Below, piece after piece: positions 41,091 through 55,230 of a DNA stretch of 64,000 bases. The stretch lies in NCBI GenBank assembly GCA_964016885.1, contig OZ024743.1, positions 33,418,001-33,482,000 of the forward strand, written 5' to 3'. The DNA is from Eledone cirrhosa (taxonomy: Eukaryota). Below the pieces are notes generated by a model. That model worked only from the letters and a program-made list of their open reading frames with translations. It ran no database searches and was not told the origin of the DNA. The translations under genes were made by a program, and so were the position numbers. The stretch's first letter is position 1. Each line of letters opens with the position of its first letter.

Positions 41091-41630
41091 ATATAAATTT
41101 ACTACTTAATTATTCAGCTAACGCTGTTTCACTTAACACACGTGATGCACACTGATATAGGATTTTAATGGTTAGTGATGGAATAATTTTATTCATAATT
41201 GCATAAATAACATTACAAAATGTTTTATACATAATAAATACATACTAATACATCGTACCAAAATTACGATCAAGGCGAGAGAAAAAGATAAAAACAAGGG
41301 AAAGAAAAACAAAAGCGAATATTATTTCACCCCAATCTTTGAGCCATTCATACGTTCATAAATTAGTACCCCCCTCTCCCAACTTAAGTTGTGAAGCATG
41401 ATTAATTAAAATAAAACCTGATTCCTACGTTTTGAGTCAGATTCGTTGAATACACATCAAAATACCTAGGAAAAAAAGAATCACTTTCAAGCGCGAGGAT
41501 TGTGTAAATTTAGCCATTTACTGTCTTGTTTTGTACCATTTTTCTAATATGATTTTCAAATAATCGAAAATTTGGAGGGATTTAGTAATATTTTATGTTT
41601 TTTTTCTTCTCCGCACGTCTTTATCGGGAA

Positions 41631-41940
41631 AACACGTTAAATAATAATTGTTTCTACTTTTGGCACAAGGCCAGAAATTACTCAGTTCATTACTGGTACT
41701 TTATTTTATCGACTCGGTAAAGATGAAAGGCAAAGTTAACCTCGACGGGATTTGAACTCAGACCGTAAAGGGACGTAACTATGCATGAAAGCATGGCGTC
41801 CGACCCTCTACCGATACTGCCCAATTCACCGCCCTTCCAACACGTTAAATAATAATTGTTTCTACTATTGGCACAAGGCCAGCAATTACTTTATTTTATC
41901 GACCCTGTAAGGATGAAAGGCAAAGTTAACCTCGGCGGGT
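41631..41940 (-). mobile_element. Two adjacent SINE family 1 copies
   Basis: Full copy ~41645-41835 flanked by the repeat AACACGTTAAATAAT; partial copy 41851-41939. Confidence 0.8.
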
Positions 41941-42049
41941 AATGATGGTGATACACAGCTAAGTAATATTTTAAGTTGAGAGACCACTCCAATCCAGCTG
42001 TCTTCTCTTTGATTATTTATTACAAATAAAGGTTTTATATAAATGAACA

Positions 42050-42600
42050 CCCATTTAAGAGTTAGACGGCCTCGTGGTCCCAACGGACAGAATGGAGAAG
42101 ACGTTGTCCCAGAGGATGGTAAGATCGACTTGCTGGAACAATCTCTACCACTTACGGAGCTACTATGGGCAGCCATCTCTGTCCCGATAACAGTGAGTAA
42201 GGATGTGATCTGGGGACCAGGAACACCAGAAGTCTCCATTGATACAAGCGAAGTCTGGACTTGTTGCCTAATGCACCAAGTAACAGCCAGAGAAAGTGTC
42301 GCAACATGTAGTATCACAGAATAGGGACCTACCACTGCGGAATGGGAAGATTGTCATGCTGTCTAGCCATTTATCGTCAACTCGGACAGCCCCACTGACT
42401 GAAGGGACCGCAGTTGAGAGTGATAGTACAGCTAGCCAGGGACCACCGTGAGGTTAGGAGGCCGAGCAAAAATATGCCAGACGGTGTTGGTCAATTGGGT
42501 GCACCAGCTTATCTGAGGTCGTGTAAAACTGGATGGTGTCCAATTTTATTTTGAGGGGATTGCAACTAGATGTTTATAGAGGGGCGGAGGATACAGGCGT
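42050..42600 (-). pseudogene. CRE-like (REL endonuclease) non-LTR retrotransposon remnant
   Basis: Minus strand KWLDSMTIFPFRSGRSLFCDTTCCDTFS...LFQQVDL aligns with the 49318 element. Confidence 0.65.
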
Positions 42601-45401
42601 CATGGTCTATGAAGAGAGATGTGTGGATATTCTTGTTTTCTGTATTTAGCTTAATATCAGAGCTACTAAGTTATTTTATTATGTATGATATAATTTCTGT
42701 CGCCTATTTATCAATTATCTTTTGTATTCACTTTAATTAAAAGAAAAGCTGTTAAAAAGAAATAGGTTAAAAAGTCATTTGTTATTTAAAATTTCTTATA
42801 TTTTAGAAAAATATCATTTTTTTTTTTATTGATTGTCATATTACATGTATTCATAGTTATAATATATGGTAGATGATTATTTTCGATGTTTTCATTTATT
42901 TTTCTCATATATTATAATATTGCATTGTCCTCAACGAAGCTGTATTTCAAATTTGTAATAGTTAAAAATGATGAATTGCTGAATTTTATTTAGTTTGATA
43001 GTTTTCATTTTATATACTACTATTTTAGAATTCCCCATAAATATAGTAAATAACAATATCAATTTTCAAAGAATTACTTTTAAAGGACATTACAAGCTAT
43101 CATATATACCATTCAAATAGCTTTAAAAATTGTAATCTTGTGATAAACACAAATTTTTAATATTTTAATTTAACTCAAATTGAATTATTTCTTTAGAAAT
43201 AGAACATATAATTATCTTCATCATCATCAATCGACTTTTCTAAGCTGGCATGGGTTGGACAGGTTGTTATAGTTCATCACTATACTTATACTGTCCTGCT
43301 AGATGTCTCGTTTTCATAAATTCCAGTGTAGTCATGGTTTCTACAGCTGGCCACATCTCATTTGCTCTGGGCTATACTCTGTCTCCTTTCTAAAATTAAG
43401 TATGAAATTCTTGTTATAGTTATCATACAAGCAGTACAGGTGTATATTATAGTGTCAAAAGTTTTAGATAAATTAAGTCTTTTTGAGAAAGCGGATACAT
43501 GGATTGCAGTATCTCAGCTTGACCACAGCCTTGTAGTGGATTAAGGTGGGTGACTGGTCAGCGGCCAGGTGTCTCACTATCTAAAGGGCCTTACATTTTT
43601 TTTTCTACCATAAATAATATATAAAAAAAGCCCCAATGAAATTTTCAGACAGAAAAAAAGTGATGTTTGCTTCACAACCATGAAGTCTAAGGTTCCATCC
43701 CACTGCATGGCATCATAGTCTTTACCATCAACCTATACATTGTGTGTGAAATTGGATAGATGAAAACTGTGTGGAAGACCATCTGATGGATGTTGCCTGT
43801 AATTCAAAGGTTCAACCATGTCACATTGATCCTGTACATTAAAGGTACATGTGCCTGTGGAATACATGTTAATTCATGAGTCTGATATTCGCTTGTTCAC
43901 TGATCGAATGAGTGAATACTTATTGTCAAAACTGATGGAGGATCAGTTATCATCAGATGTATTTATGACAAAGACATTTTTTCCTGGGTAAAATCTAAGA
44001 CAAGCCATCTTATAGAAAATATCATCACACTATCTAATGGAGTCAACTTGAGCTTTAATTGTTGTCTAGATGAGGGTATCCTTTGTTCATGAAACTCTCA
44101 AGTTGTGTCACTTATAGCATCAACTGAAGATTTTAAAATATCTAGAAGTAATATTTTCTTCCTTCAACTACAGAAGTGAATATAAAATTACTGTCAACCT
44201 CTACCTCATCATTGATATCTTCATTGATTTCATGTTCATCTTTCTTGAATTTATCAGCTTCAAGAACAAAATTACTTTGATTTTAATATAGTTGAATAAG
44301 TTGTCAGAATCTGATGGCATTTCACATCAAGTAAAAGAAATAAAATAGTTCTTATTTGAATCTATGATTTGTTTGGAAAGAGAAAAAAAAATGTGTTTTT
44401 GCAGCATACATTTTCTATCTTTGAAACTCTGGTTAGTTTCTAAATCTCCATCAATCCCATTTCACTGAGAAGTCGGTACCTGTCATTGTTCATTGACACT
44501 GAGATTTAAACTAAAATCAAAAGTTTCTGCAGACTTCATTGCTAACATACGTAACCAAAGCCTACATCCATTTATATGTTATCACTTTGGCTTATAAATG
44601 GATCTATTCAACTGTTCTTTTACATTTCTTTCCATGAAAGTTTTTCTTCCCGAAGGTATTTTGTGCATTATATAAATGGATCCTATTTTGAAAGATTTGA
44701 CAGATTTTCAAAATCTGTCATAACATGTACAATTCTTGAAAGGTCAAAATTTTGTATGTGTTTATTTAGATTAAGTAGTGAGGTAGTATAATCTCATATC
44801 TCATAAGCTTGCCTTATATTCTCATATCTAATAATCAGTGTGTACCTGCTTTAAAATCAGTACACCAAATCTCTGTGTCATAAGAGGGGACTAAAATTAT
44901 TAGTGCCAAGAAGGGCATCTGGCCATAAAACATTACTTCAAAAAGGATTATTGATTCTGAAAGGATCTTGACCATGGCATGATTTAAACAGAGAGTTGGA
45001 ACAAACACCAATGTATTTAATCCTACATTTAACCCTTTCTAATAAGGGTTGGTCTTTTATTGGAGCAGAATGATAGAAATAGAACAAGCATCAATGGATA
45101 ATAAGGATATAAGAGATAAATAAAGAATAGTGGAAGTTAAAAGAAGAGATAAGATTAAAGATGGGAAAGTTGAATCGCAAGATTACATATAGACATAATT
45201 TCAGTTTTAGAATATAGATGAAACTTTGAAGTCACTGCCATTTTTCTTTCTTAAAAAAAAATATTTACTCTCCTTTATTTATTGAGTGTCCGTCCACTCA
45301 GTTAATGTTTGACGGTTTCTACATGTGATATAGAAAACACTGCCTTTGTATAATTTATTTTCCTGTGAATTAAATCCAATAGATTTATAATTTTGGATCT
45401 T

Positions 45402-45450
<49 letters not shown>

Positions 45451-45942
45451 AGAGGGAGAGAGAGATGAGTGGTGAGTAAAAGATTACATATGAAGCACTT
45501 TATCTTAGAATGAATGCAACTATGTGTCTATGCATATGAAGCACTTTATCTTCGAATGAATGCAACTATGATGCGTCTATGTATTTATCTTGTCAAAGCT
45601 TGACAAAATAAATGGATGGATGCAGAAAACAGAAAAAGCAGTCTGTTATAAAATATAAATGGGTATCCTCATACTGTTTAAAATACATTAATGATTGGAG
45701 TCCTACCAATGGAACAGGAATTTTAACCATTCCGTTACCATGGTTTTAATGAAAAACACTTCCTCTCATTGTGAAATCATTTAAAAAATAATGATGTATT
45801 TGGAAATATTTAGTAATATAACTATCTTTTTCTTTATTAAGCTGGTATTTGGAACATAATTTCAGGGCTGGATTAACCATTAAACAAAATAAGCACATGC
45901 TTAGGGCATCAAGGAAGAGAGATACTCTTTTATGCAAATTAA

Positions 45943-46141
45943 CCCTTTAGCATTTAAACCGGCCAGAATTCTCTCACCTCCTTTGTGTTCAAACTGGCTG
46001 TAACCGGCCCCTCATACTCATGTTAAGGTATTGTTCTCTAAATAAATAATACCGAAATCTCATAGATTCGATATTATGTGAGATAAAGCCTTTCCCATGA
46101 ACATATAATAGTAAATATAGAGTAATATAGATGTTAAAGAG
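45943..46141 (-). mobile_element. piggyBac-like MITE, copy 5
   Basis: TTAA flanks and CCCTTTAGCATTTA TIR. Confidence 0.8.
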
Positions 46142-46367
46142 TTAAATGAACTTGTCATGCGATAAGAACATTTTTTGTAGACTTTATATATGAAGTGGGG
46201 GGAGGGGCTTGACACCATAAACTTAATCCAGACCTTCGTAACTTAAAGCTTGTTATATAAAATTACGATGGACGGTTTTTAGGTAAATATGTATACTTTA
46301 AAACAGTTTTGTATCAAAGAACCAAGGACAGAGTCTAGACAGTTTTATATAGGATAACCACTTAGAA

Positions 46368-46681
46368 CAGAGGTTCTCACCCCCCTCCCCCTTACGGCCA
46401 CGTAATTACCCGTGTCCCCCTCAACCCTATTTTCAGAGAGACCTGTCTACACGCAAATTGTAAATAATTTATAATAAATAAAATCGTTAATTTATATATA
46501 ATAAATAATTTAATATATACTATGTATAAATATATATTATATATTTTTTATTTTACTATATTTATATATAATATGTATCATTTGATATTTGATATACTAT
46601 TATATCATCTCTACCGCCCCGCCCCTTAGGTCCCAGCGCTCCTCCTGTGGTGGGGGGTAGCGGCTACTTTGAGAACCTCTG
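46368..46681 (+). mobile_element. hAT-type MITE (same family as 16758)
   Basis: CAGAGGTTCTCA...TGAGAACCTCTG; degenerate 8-bp TSD ACTTAGAA/ACTTAAAG. Confidence 0.8.
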
Positions 46682-47329
46682 ACTTAAAGGAAGGAAAGTG
46701 CATGACTCAATTAATCATGAAGCAGGCAAATAATAGAACTTAGTCCAGTAATAGAAAGCTAAACCATTATATAAAGAGTAGTATTACTGCAAATCATTGT
46801 GTTTACTGAGATCATCTACAAAACTATTTGATGACATTTTAAGAAAGGTTTATTAATTCAAAATAGTTTTTTTTAAAATAATTTATAATACTTCTTTTAA
46901 ATCTGTAATAGATATTATAAAAACCTATTCTAGACTAGAAAATGTCAGATTATGAGACTTTTCTCTTTATTCTCTCTAAGAATGATACACAGTTAAAAAC
47001 TATAATACCGATAAAAACTTTAGCTTAACTCAACTTTGCAACATTTTTGTTTGTATGTAAATATGTAAATGTTAACCCTCGAATGACATTTAGCTGCTAT
47101 TTCTCTTTATCTCAATTGGCGCCATTTCGTCTGATTGGCTGGTTGACTTGAGGTGAATGCAACATAACTCTTTACTTTGTCTCAGTTGACTCTGGTAACT
47201 CGGAAGTGAAAAATCACTTCGACCGGCTCAAGCAATTCTTTCAACAAGCACCCTTGCGCTGCGAGCTTACTGCAAACTATGCTGGTATGTACATCTTGTC
47301 ACTTTGTTATCGAACGTACCTTAATAGTC

Positions 47330-47512
47330 ACGGATTTGCAGTATCGGTAGAGGGTCGGACGCCTGCTTTGACGCATAGTTACGGCCCTTGCCATTGTGAG
47401 TTCAAATCCCGCCGAGGTTAACTTTGCCTTTCATCCTTACGGGGTCGATAAAATAAAGTACCAGTAATGCACTGGGTAATTGCTGGCCTTGTGCCAAAAG
47501 TAGAAACAATTA
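47330..47512 (+). mobile_element. SINE family 1
   Basis: Near-consensus copy. Confidence 0.85.
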
Positions 47513-47879
47513 TTTCCTTTATAAAGAAATGAAGTAAAAATTATTGTAGTTGTGTTTATACATCCTCTTTCATAACACGACTATAACTTCACTTCACATC
47601 AGTTGATACTCTCAGTTTAACATCAATTTTTTTTTTGCCACATATTTGTCGACTTATATACAAGTAGTATTTTAAGCCGAAAAATGACCAAAAAAAATCG
47701 ATGGTATAATCAAGGTCATTTTTTTGCCGATTTTCACCAACTTCGTACATGGTTACGATCGACAAATTCCCAAACCTCATTCGCTTATCAAGTGAGGTGG
47801 AAATCGTCAAATCGGACCAAGGAAACGTTTTCATTGCTGATAATATTTACCGGTTGCAACCTCTGACAGAAAGAGCAAA

Positions 47880-47947
47880 CACATCCCCTGGTTCGGGAAT
47901 CGAACTCACGACCTCACGATTCCGAATCCAATTCTCTAACCACTAAA
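47880..47947 (-). mobile_element. tRNA-derived SINE head (family 2)
   Basis: Minus strand TTAGTGGTTAGAGAATTGG...GTGAGTTCGATTCCCG with A and B boxes; no clear acceptor stem. Confidence 0.6.
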
Positions 47948-49317
47948 GCACAACGCAAATAAGGTGCTTACATATTTGGAATGAGGATTTTAACAATGAA
48001 ACAGTTATTTCTACATTTACTACATCCGTTGTTAGATTTTTTTTATGCATTCCCTTGAAAATATGCCCAACAAATTCTTATCTGAACTTTTTAATACATA
48101 AATATTCCACACAAGCTCGAATGCACATGAGTGCACTCACCGGTTGTTTTTCTTTCAATTTTACGTTTGATTTTCTTTTGTTCTTGTGCGCTCTCTTTTT
48201 ATCGCTCTACCCCCCCCCCCCCCCCACTAACTCTGTTTCCCTAACTTTACAAAGTTCTCTTGCTTACATTCAATTACGCCCAGCATGTGCGTGAGCTGAA
48301 GTAAACAAAAATTCAAGAAACTTGTTGAATGTCTTTAAAATCGATTAAATGACAAAAAAAGCATCACGCAATCAGAGTTGCAGGAAATATATATATATTT
48401 ATATATATATATTCAAATGACACTTAAAGCATTTTAAACATCAAAATATTAAAAGTTCATGAATAGATTTTACACACGAGAATTACAAAACTATGTCATC
48501 TAAACAATGTATTGATTATAAACGGGGTTTAGATGTTTGTCTATTTATGAGGACGTATTTTATTCGAGTATATACAGTAAATCCTTTAGTTATTTCCTTA
48601 TATTATTCTTTGGCATGAGTTCTCCATCTTCGTTTTGTATCTAATTTATGTCCTTTATTATATTTTTCTCTAAGAAAACAAAACTGCAGAAAATGAAATT
48701 AGCTAATATCGATTTTCCCCTAACTACTAGCTTATACAGAGCAAATCCTCTGATTTGAAAAATATTCGTAACATTATATATTCGTTGCATTTAAAGAATG
48801 ACGAAGCTTAGTAAGCTTGACATTACCTTATTTAAGGTTTGGTAAAAAGTAATTGTATTTCATTCAAAATACTGTTCAAATGTCTCTGTGAGGATATGTT
48901 TGTCTCTAGCCCTATTATACTAAGCTGTTTATTTTATCAAAAAACTTTCCATCATAATTTTATGTAAAATCCTTTTTTAAATTCTTTTAAATACCAGCTT
49001 ATAGAATCCCTCAAAAGTTTTGATTATTTTGAAATGTAGAGGAGTAATTTTTGAAATTATGTATCGGTCGATTGTGCAACACGAGAGTAAGGTTTGTGTT
49101 TTCAGATCTAGCGAAATCCCAGAGTACAAGCCACGTGGGTATAGAACTAAATATTGTTCGATTTTGGAACATGATATTTCAAATAAAATGTTAAAGGATT
49201 ATTAAAAATAGCTAGAAACAATTAAATTACAGTGATTAAAGGCCGTCACAAGCTTTTTCATATATTTTAGACATGGCTATATTGCGATCCGTTGTCTGTA
49301 GAGACTCAGTTTTGACG

Positions 49318-50130
49318 CTACGGGGTCTTAAGACTGAATCCTCTTAGTAAGTTTGACGTCAAGGCCCCCCCCCCCCCCCCGTATTTGGGATGCCATCCAG
49401 TGCAACCTGGCCTCAGGTTCGACCAGCACCGCTTTGCATGTTTTCGCGCGGCCTCACAACCCCACAGCGGTGCCTGGCTCCATGCTTTACTCTCCTTCAC
49501 TGGCACGCAAGCTGGACGACGATAGCCAGCGCATCGAAATTTCCCTGAGGCTTGGATTCCGGATCTGCGAGCCACACAAATGTCGCTGCGGATCCACCGT
49601 GGACTCTTTCTGCCTTCACCCGCTTTCCTGTCGCTACAGTGCCGGCCACTTTCCACGCCATGCTGTCCTCAACGAGGTCATAAAGTATGGCTTGGATGTT
49701 GCAGGCTTCCCCTCCCAGCTCAAGCCGGTAGGGTTGGACCGAGGAATCGGCAAATGGCCAGATGGTATGACCATCTTCGCGTTTCGCAGTGGTAAACCCT
49801 CGTCTGGGATGCCACTTGCAGCGACACTTCCTCCAGCCGCAACCTGGTGCAGTAAGCGACTAACCCAAATTCTGCTGCACTTGTGGCTGAGGAGGGTAAA
49901 CTCTCCAAGTATCGGTCGCGCTCCGATAGGTTTGCAGTGGAGACTTCTGGTGTCCTTGGCTATAGGGGTACCTCCCTACTTACCACCATATGTGCTGAGC
50001 TGGCTAGCCGCAGGTGTGAGCCTCGCGAGATGGAATGGCTCTTCCAGCGCATCTCCCTTGTCACCCTCCGAGAAACGCCTTCTCCATTCTGTCAGCCGTG
50101 GGGCGGGCAGCACGTGGGACTCCATTTGCT
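49318..50130 (+). pseudogene. CRE-like non-LTR retrotransposon 3' part (CCHC knuckle plus PD-(D/E)xK restriction-like endonuclease)
   Basis: SLRLG...CRCGSTVDSFCLHPLSC..RHAVLNEVI...KWPDGMT...WDATCSDT...AEEGKLSKY...FAVETSGVLG...WLFQRIS across frameshifts. Confidence 0.82.
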
Positions 50131-50654
50131 CATAATACAGAGATTGGGAGGCGATGACAGTGGGGGTTCGAGTCTTTTGTGTTCGGACCTGGTGTTCAGC
50201 GCCAGTTGTCCGTATGGAAGTAGTGATAAAGTACTACAGCGGTGGCAGTCATGTTTGAACTTTAATATGTATCCATGTAAAGCTCCGTGGTGGAAGGGGT
50301 GACACGCACTTGATCATTTTCATGTCAAAATAAATTTTCCCATGAACAATTATATATCATTTGAAACTTTTGGATGTGAACTTCTCATACTTATAAAAAT
50401 CCGACACTTACATATCATGCCAGGTTGTGAGTTCAATACGGCCATTGGCAAGGCTTTAAAAGTTAACCAAAGTGTTACTAACTGCCTATTACAAAGTGTT
50501 AGTGATATTTATTAACATTACTCAATTTTATTCTCAATACGAGGATTCCATGCTAATTTTCGGGACTTACGTATCTTAATTCAGTGCATATTTTCGTAGA
50601 AATATATGCTTACTTAATTTGTCTATTTCTTGAAATTCTTACCCAAACTCATAT

Positions 50655-50800
50655 TCCAGCATAGTTACGTCCCTTTACGATCTGAGTTCAAATCCCGCCG
50701 AGGTTGACTTTGCCTTTCATCCTTACGGGGTCGATAAAATAAAGTACCATTAATACACTGGGATAATTGCTGGCCTTGTGCCTAAAGTAGAAACAATTAT
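50655..50800 (+). mobile_element. SINE family 1
   Basis: Core and tail match the consensus. Confidence 0.85.
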
Positions 50801-51679
50801 TTGAACCTTTGGATTCGTGTTCCGGTTCAGCTCTCTCCGTTTGGACAAGTAGCGTCAATATGCGTTACGAACATCCATTGTATCCCCCCCCCCCCACACT
50901 TTTTTTTTTTACTTTATGCTTGTGTCATCTCATAGCCAGAATCGGCAATGGTCGTAGTAAATTTACGAGAATTTTTTTTTTCTTATGGTGTAAAAATCTT
51001 GAAGAAAATATGTTCTTTTCTAAGTGAAAATTAATGATAAAATTCTCACTTTCGTTTCATAACGATTATCTGACCTACCCCCATCGAATTTTATATAAAA
51101 ATAAAGTAAAGAAAATGTTCTCTCATTTTCAACACAAATCGAAGTATAGTGCCCATTGAACTAGGACTAGCGTTACCGTTCAGCTGTCAGAAACGAAAAG
51201 GGCACAAACATTACGAGGGTGGTTGAGGGGATCTGACAATGTAATTGTCGGATTTTAATTGAAAGTATGAGATGAAAGTTCACATCCAGAACTTGCAAAT
51301 GATATAATTGTCCGCATGAAAATGGATCAATCAAAAAGTGGATTTTTGCGTGGTCAAACTGCTTGTCGACCTTTTTTCGGAACTCTACATTGAACTAAAA
51401 CAAATTACCGTATATACTCAGATATATAGGCTTATATATATGTCTGAGAAATGGGCAAAAATCCAAACCTCATTTATGAACCGAGGCAGCTAATCACCCA
51501 TTATATTTATGAAGTTTTAATGTCGTTTACAATAGTTTTTGTTTCACAACTCTATTATGTAATGAGTTTTCATAACGTAATAATAGGAATACTGATGTTG
51601 ATAATCTTCATTTATTGCATAACACATGGCTGATGTAAGGGAATAAAGGACAAAATACATAATTGTGAGAATTTTGATT

Positions 51680-51950
51680 GCACAGCAAAAAACACCCAGT
51701 GCACACTTAAGTGGTGTACGGCAAAAAGCGCCCAGCCCACACAGTTAAGTGGTCGTGTAGGTGTCACGCAAGAAAAGCACCCAGTACTCACTGTAAATGA
51801 GGTTGGCGCTAGGAAGGGCATTCAACTGTAGAAACCAACCCCAAATCGGTTTTGTATGAACAAGACATGGTCACCTGACCTAGCATTGCTAGGATAATTC
51901 GTCTAACCCATGCCAGCGTGGAAAAATAAATTAAACGGTGATGATGATAA
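51680..51950 (+). mobile_element. RTE 3' UTR fragment
   Basis: Matches 29110-29350. Confidence 0.75.
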
Positions 51951-52302
51951 CTGTAAAACAAACATTATAAATATGTGATTTGACACTCCAAACTGGAGTA
52001 CATCCTTGGCCAATCAGGGAACCTCCCAGATCCAATATTACTGATTCAGTCTGTGATGGCCCACCTGATGCTTGTTAGCTCGGAAAACGTTGAATGATGA
52101 TGATGATCATCATAACCGGAACATTTGATCACTGGTCTACTGAGGATTAGAAACTTAACTTGTTAATATAAATATAATCCACAAATATTTTATTTGTATA
52201 TGAATGTTTGATTTCACACAGTCTAGTACATCAGTTTTTGCTTATGTTAATATTCTATTTATATGTTTATCATTTTATTTAGTTTTTATAAAAAAAAGTG
52301 AT

Positions 52303-52352
<50 letters not shown>

Positions 52353-52486
52353 CAGTACTATATAAACTCACTATTTATTGCGATACAACTAAAAGGCCAT
52401 TTCACTTAATGTTTTTAAAAGAACACTTTGTCAAAATCATTTGCCGCTTATATCCTGCATTATACATCAATCATTTATAAACGTAG

Positions 52487-52520
<34 letters not shown>

Positions 52521-53826
52521 TTTATTGGAAAGAAAAGCTCACAGTAAACTTCAGAGGGATTTTCTCGAATGAAAGAAAGAAAAAAGTTTCTATCAAAAGT
52601 TACCGACACAATACATCAATAATTGTAGTGTAACAGTTAGTTTTCTCATCCTAGTTGTAACGACTTATTGTATACTTTATAAAAATGTGTCATTTTTACT
52701 GAACATGATGTATCTCCTACTGAGAAGATAAAAAAAAAATTGCTAGAAAAACTCAGATCATGAATTTGGTTTTGTTCTGTTTTTTTGCATGTTTGAAGTA
52801 CTTTGAAAAGCATAGAAATTCTAATTTGTTAATAAAGTTTCTTCTAAACTGTTTAAATGAAATCATTCTTGATTTTATGTTTTAATGAAAATAAAAATTA
52901 TCAATAAATCAAAAGCGAAATAGTTCTGAAAGTGAGGTTGTGAATGAAATATAAAGACGTTGTTAAGCCTCTCCTAAGTCAGTATCAATACACAGCCTAA
53001 CCGACTCATTCTCTCTTCTGTAACCATGGAAAATATATTTTTTTGTAACCATGTGCTTCCTTACAAACTCGTTAAGTACGTATTTTAACTGTAAACTTTG
53101 AATTTCCACAAAACAAAATGATGACTCTTAGTAATTACTTCGTGACGTATCAGATAAAAGAAACTATATAGGTGAGCAACTACTCTATATTATATTGTGA
53201 ATATATTATGAATTTTATATATAAAATAAGCAGCTTGTTTTAAATAATCTATGTATTTTATGTATGTTAAATATTTAAAGATGTTTAAATATATTACCGT
53301 GAAGGTAAACATATCTTACTTTCGTTCTTCAAGCATAGACAATAATTTAGCAACATATATCACTACGGGTCTGGCTAACGCCTCTGCCAGTTGACCGCAC
53401 CTTCTTAAACTCTTAATTAATAATTTCTCTTGGCATGCCATTTAAACCTTTAAAACCTTTTTATTGATAACATTAACTATCCTCTCAAGAGACATTCTTC
53501 TAACCTTTGTAATCTGTAAATAAATTATATATAAACAATTATAAAGTCGTAAGATGTTATTTTCCACAACATTGCTTTTAACATCTTCAATGGTGACTTC
53601 CGTGATACAATACACAAATACACACATTCTCAACACAAACATCTACTAAATAACTTCTAAAGACTGAAGTTAATAGGATAATCTATTATTACTGATAATA
53701 TAATTCAATTTCAGAGCAATTGATGTGATGTGCGGCCGACTGTCGCCCGTGCTGGTGAAATGCCCTCCCCCACGCCGTTTTTAATCTCTTTTTGCGTTTA
53801 TTTTGTATATATTGTATGTGTTTGTG

Positions 53827-54205
53827 GTTTCATTCTGTAAGCATTTTGGCAGTATCGGTAGAGGGTCGGACGCCATGCTTTGACGCAAAGAGTTACGGCC
53901 ATTGCCATTCTGAGTTCAAATCTAGCCGAGGTTAACTTTGCCTTTCATCCTTACGGAGGTCGATAAAATAAAGAACCAGTAATGCACTGGGTAATTGTTG
54001 GCCTTGTGCCTAAAGTAGAAACAATTATATTAATATAGAGCGTCAGACACTATGCTTTGCAGCATAGTTATGGCCATTTACGCTATGAGTTCAAACTCCG
54101 TCGAGGTTAACTTTGCCTTTCATCCTTACGGGTTCGATAAAATAAAGCACCAGTAATGTACTGGGGTAATTTGCTGCCCTTGTGCCAAAAGTAGGAACAA
54201 TTATA
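53827..54205 (+). mobile_element. Two tandem SINE family 1 copies
   Basis: Cores at ~53910 and ~54087, each ending in a GTAGAAACAATTAT-like tail. Confidence 0.85.
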
Positions 54206-54261
54206 TTTTTTATGCAACTGAATAAAAGACGATTATATATTTGATACGAATTATAGGAGAT

Positions 54262-54665
54262 TATGTGCCACCGATGCCTTCTTCCTATGAAAGAAGTTGT
54301 TAGCTAAGAGGAGGCTGTCACTATACTTGGCATTTGTTGACTAGGCAACGATCTTTGATTGGAGTTCAATCTTGTGGTCTTTAAGAAAACTAGGTGTTTG
54401 GTGAATGGGTTACGCAAGCTGTACAAGCTATATATACAGAAATGTCTGCAGCAAAGTGAGAGTTTGCAATGACTCTTATGTTGAGGTCTCCATCTCCTTC
54501 CCTCCTATTTATTATAGTTCTCCAGGTCATAACAGAAGTTTAGTTAGTTGTACATGAGAAATCCTGTATGCTGATGACCCAATTATCATGGCTGAATCTG
54601 TTGAAGATTTAGAGAACAAATTCCAAATAGGAAACAGAACTTTCAAGAGACCTCAAAATAAATCA
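54262..54665 (+). pseudogene. Highly decayed RTE RT fragment
   Basis: LYLAFVD, WSLRKLG, LYADD and AESVEDLENKFQ remnants. Confidence 0.7.
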
Positions 54666-54952
54666 AATTTAATCGACACGTGGAGCATGTCAAAGATAAC
54701 AGTTAGGTAAATAGGTGCCAATACATCCAAGGTGGAGGAGGAAGATAAAGGAAAACAAAAGTGGCGAAAGATGATCTTTGAATGTCACAAAGGAGATGAT
54801 CATTACTTTTACTAGTTGGTTATCTCACCAGTCGCCGTCGAGACCGTAAAGCCGAACTCTGCGAGGTTGGGTGGCTGTTGTCCGCGGGGCGCAGCCCTTC
54901 TTCCCCCATGCCCTAGTCCCAAAGCCCAATCACTCCTGTCTTTTTTCATTAT

Positions 54953-55230
54953 ATTGGCAGTATCAGAGGGTCGAACATGCTTTCCAACATAGTTACGTCC
55001 CTTTACGATCTGAGTTCAAATCCCGCCGAGGTTAACTTTACCTTTCATCCTTACGGGGTCGATAAAATAAAGTACCAGTAATGTACTGGGGTAATTGCTG
55101 GCCTTGTGCTAAGTGTAGAAACAATTATTATTATTATTATTATTTTATCCTTACGGGGTCGATTAATTAAAGTACCAGTAACTGCGGGCGATTTGGTCGA
55201 CTGGCCTTGTGCCTATAGTAGAAATAATTA
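54953..55230 (+). mobile_element. SINE family 1 plus a second 3' fragment
   Basis: Core at ~55010, (ATT)n tail, then a second ATCCTTACGGGGTCGAT...GTAGAAAT. Confidence 0.8.

Noticed and set aside
45488-45581. ~46-bp tandem duplication (also a 27-bp one at ~62511-62564)
   Set aside because: These are ordinary local slippage duplications with no further structure.
47880-47947. Possible tRNA gene on the minus strand
   Set aside because: A and B boxes are present but I see no convincing cloverleaf; it is better explained as a SINE head.
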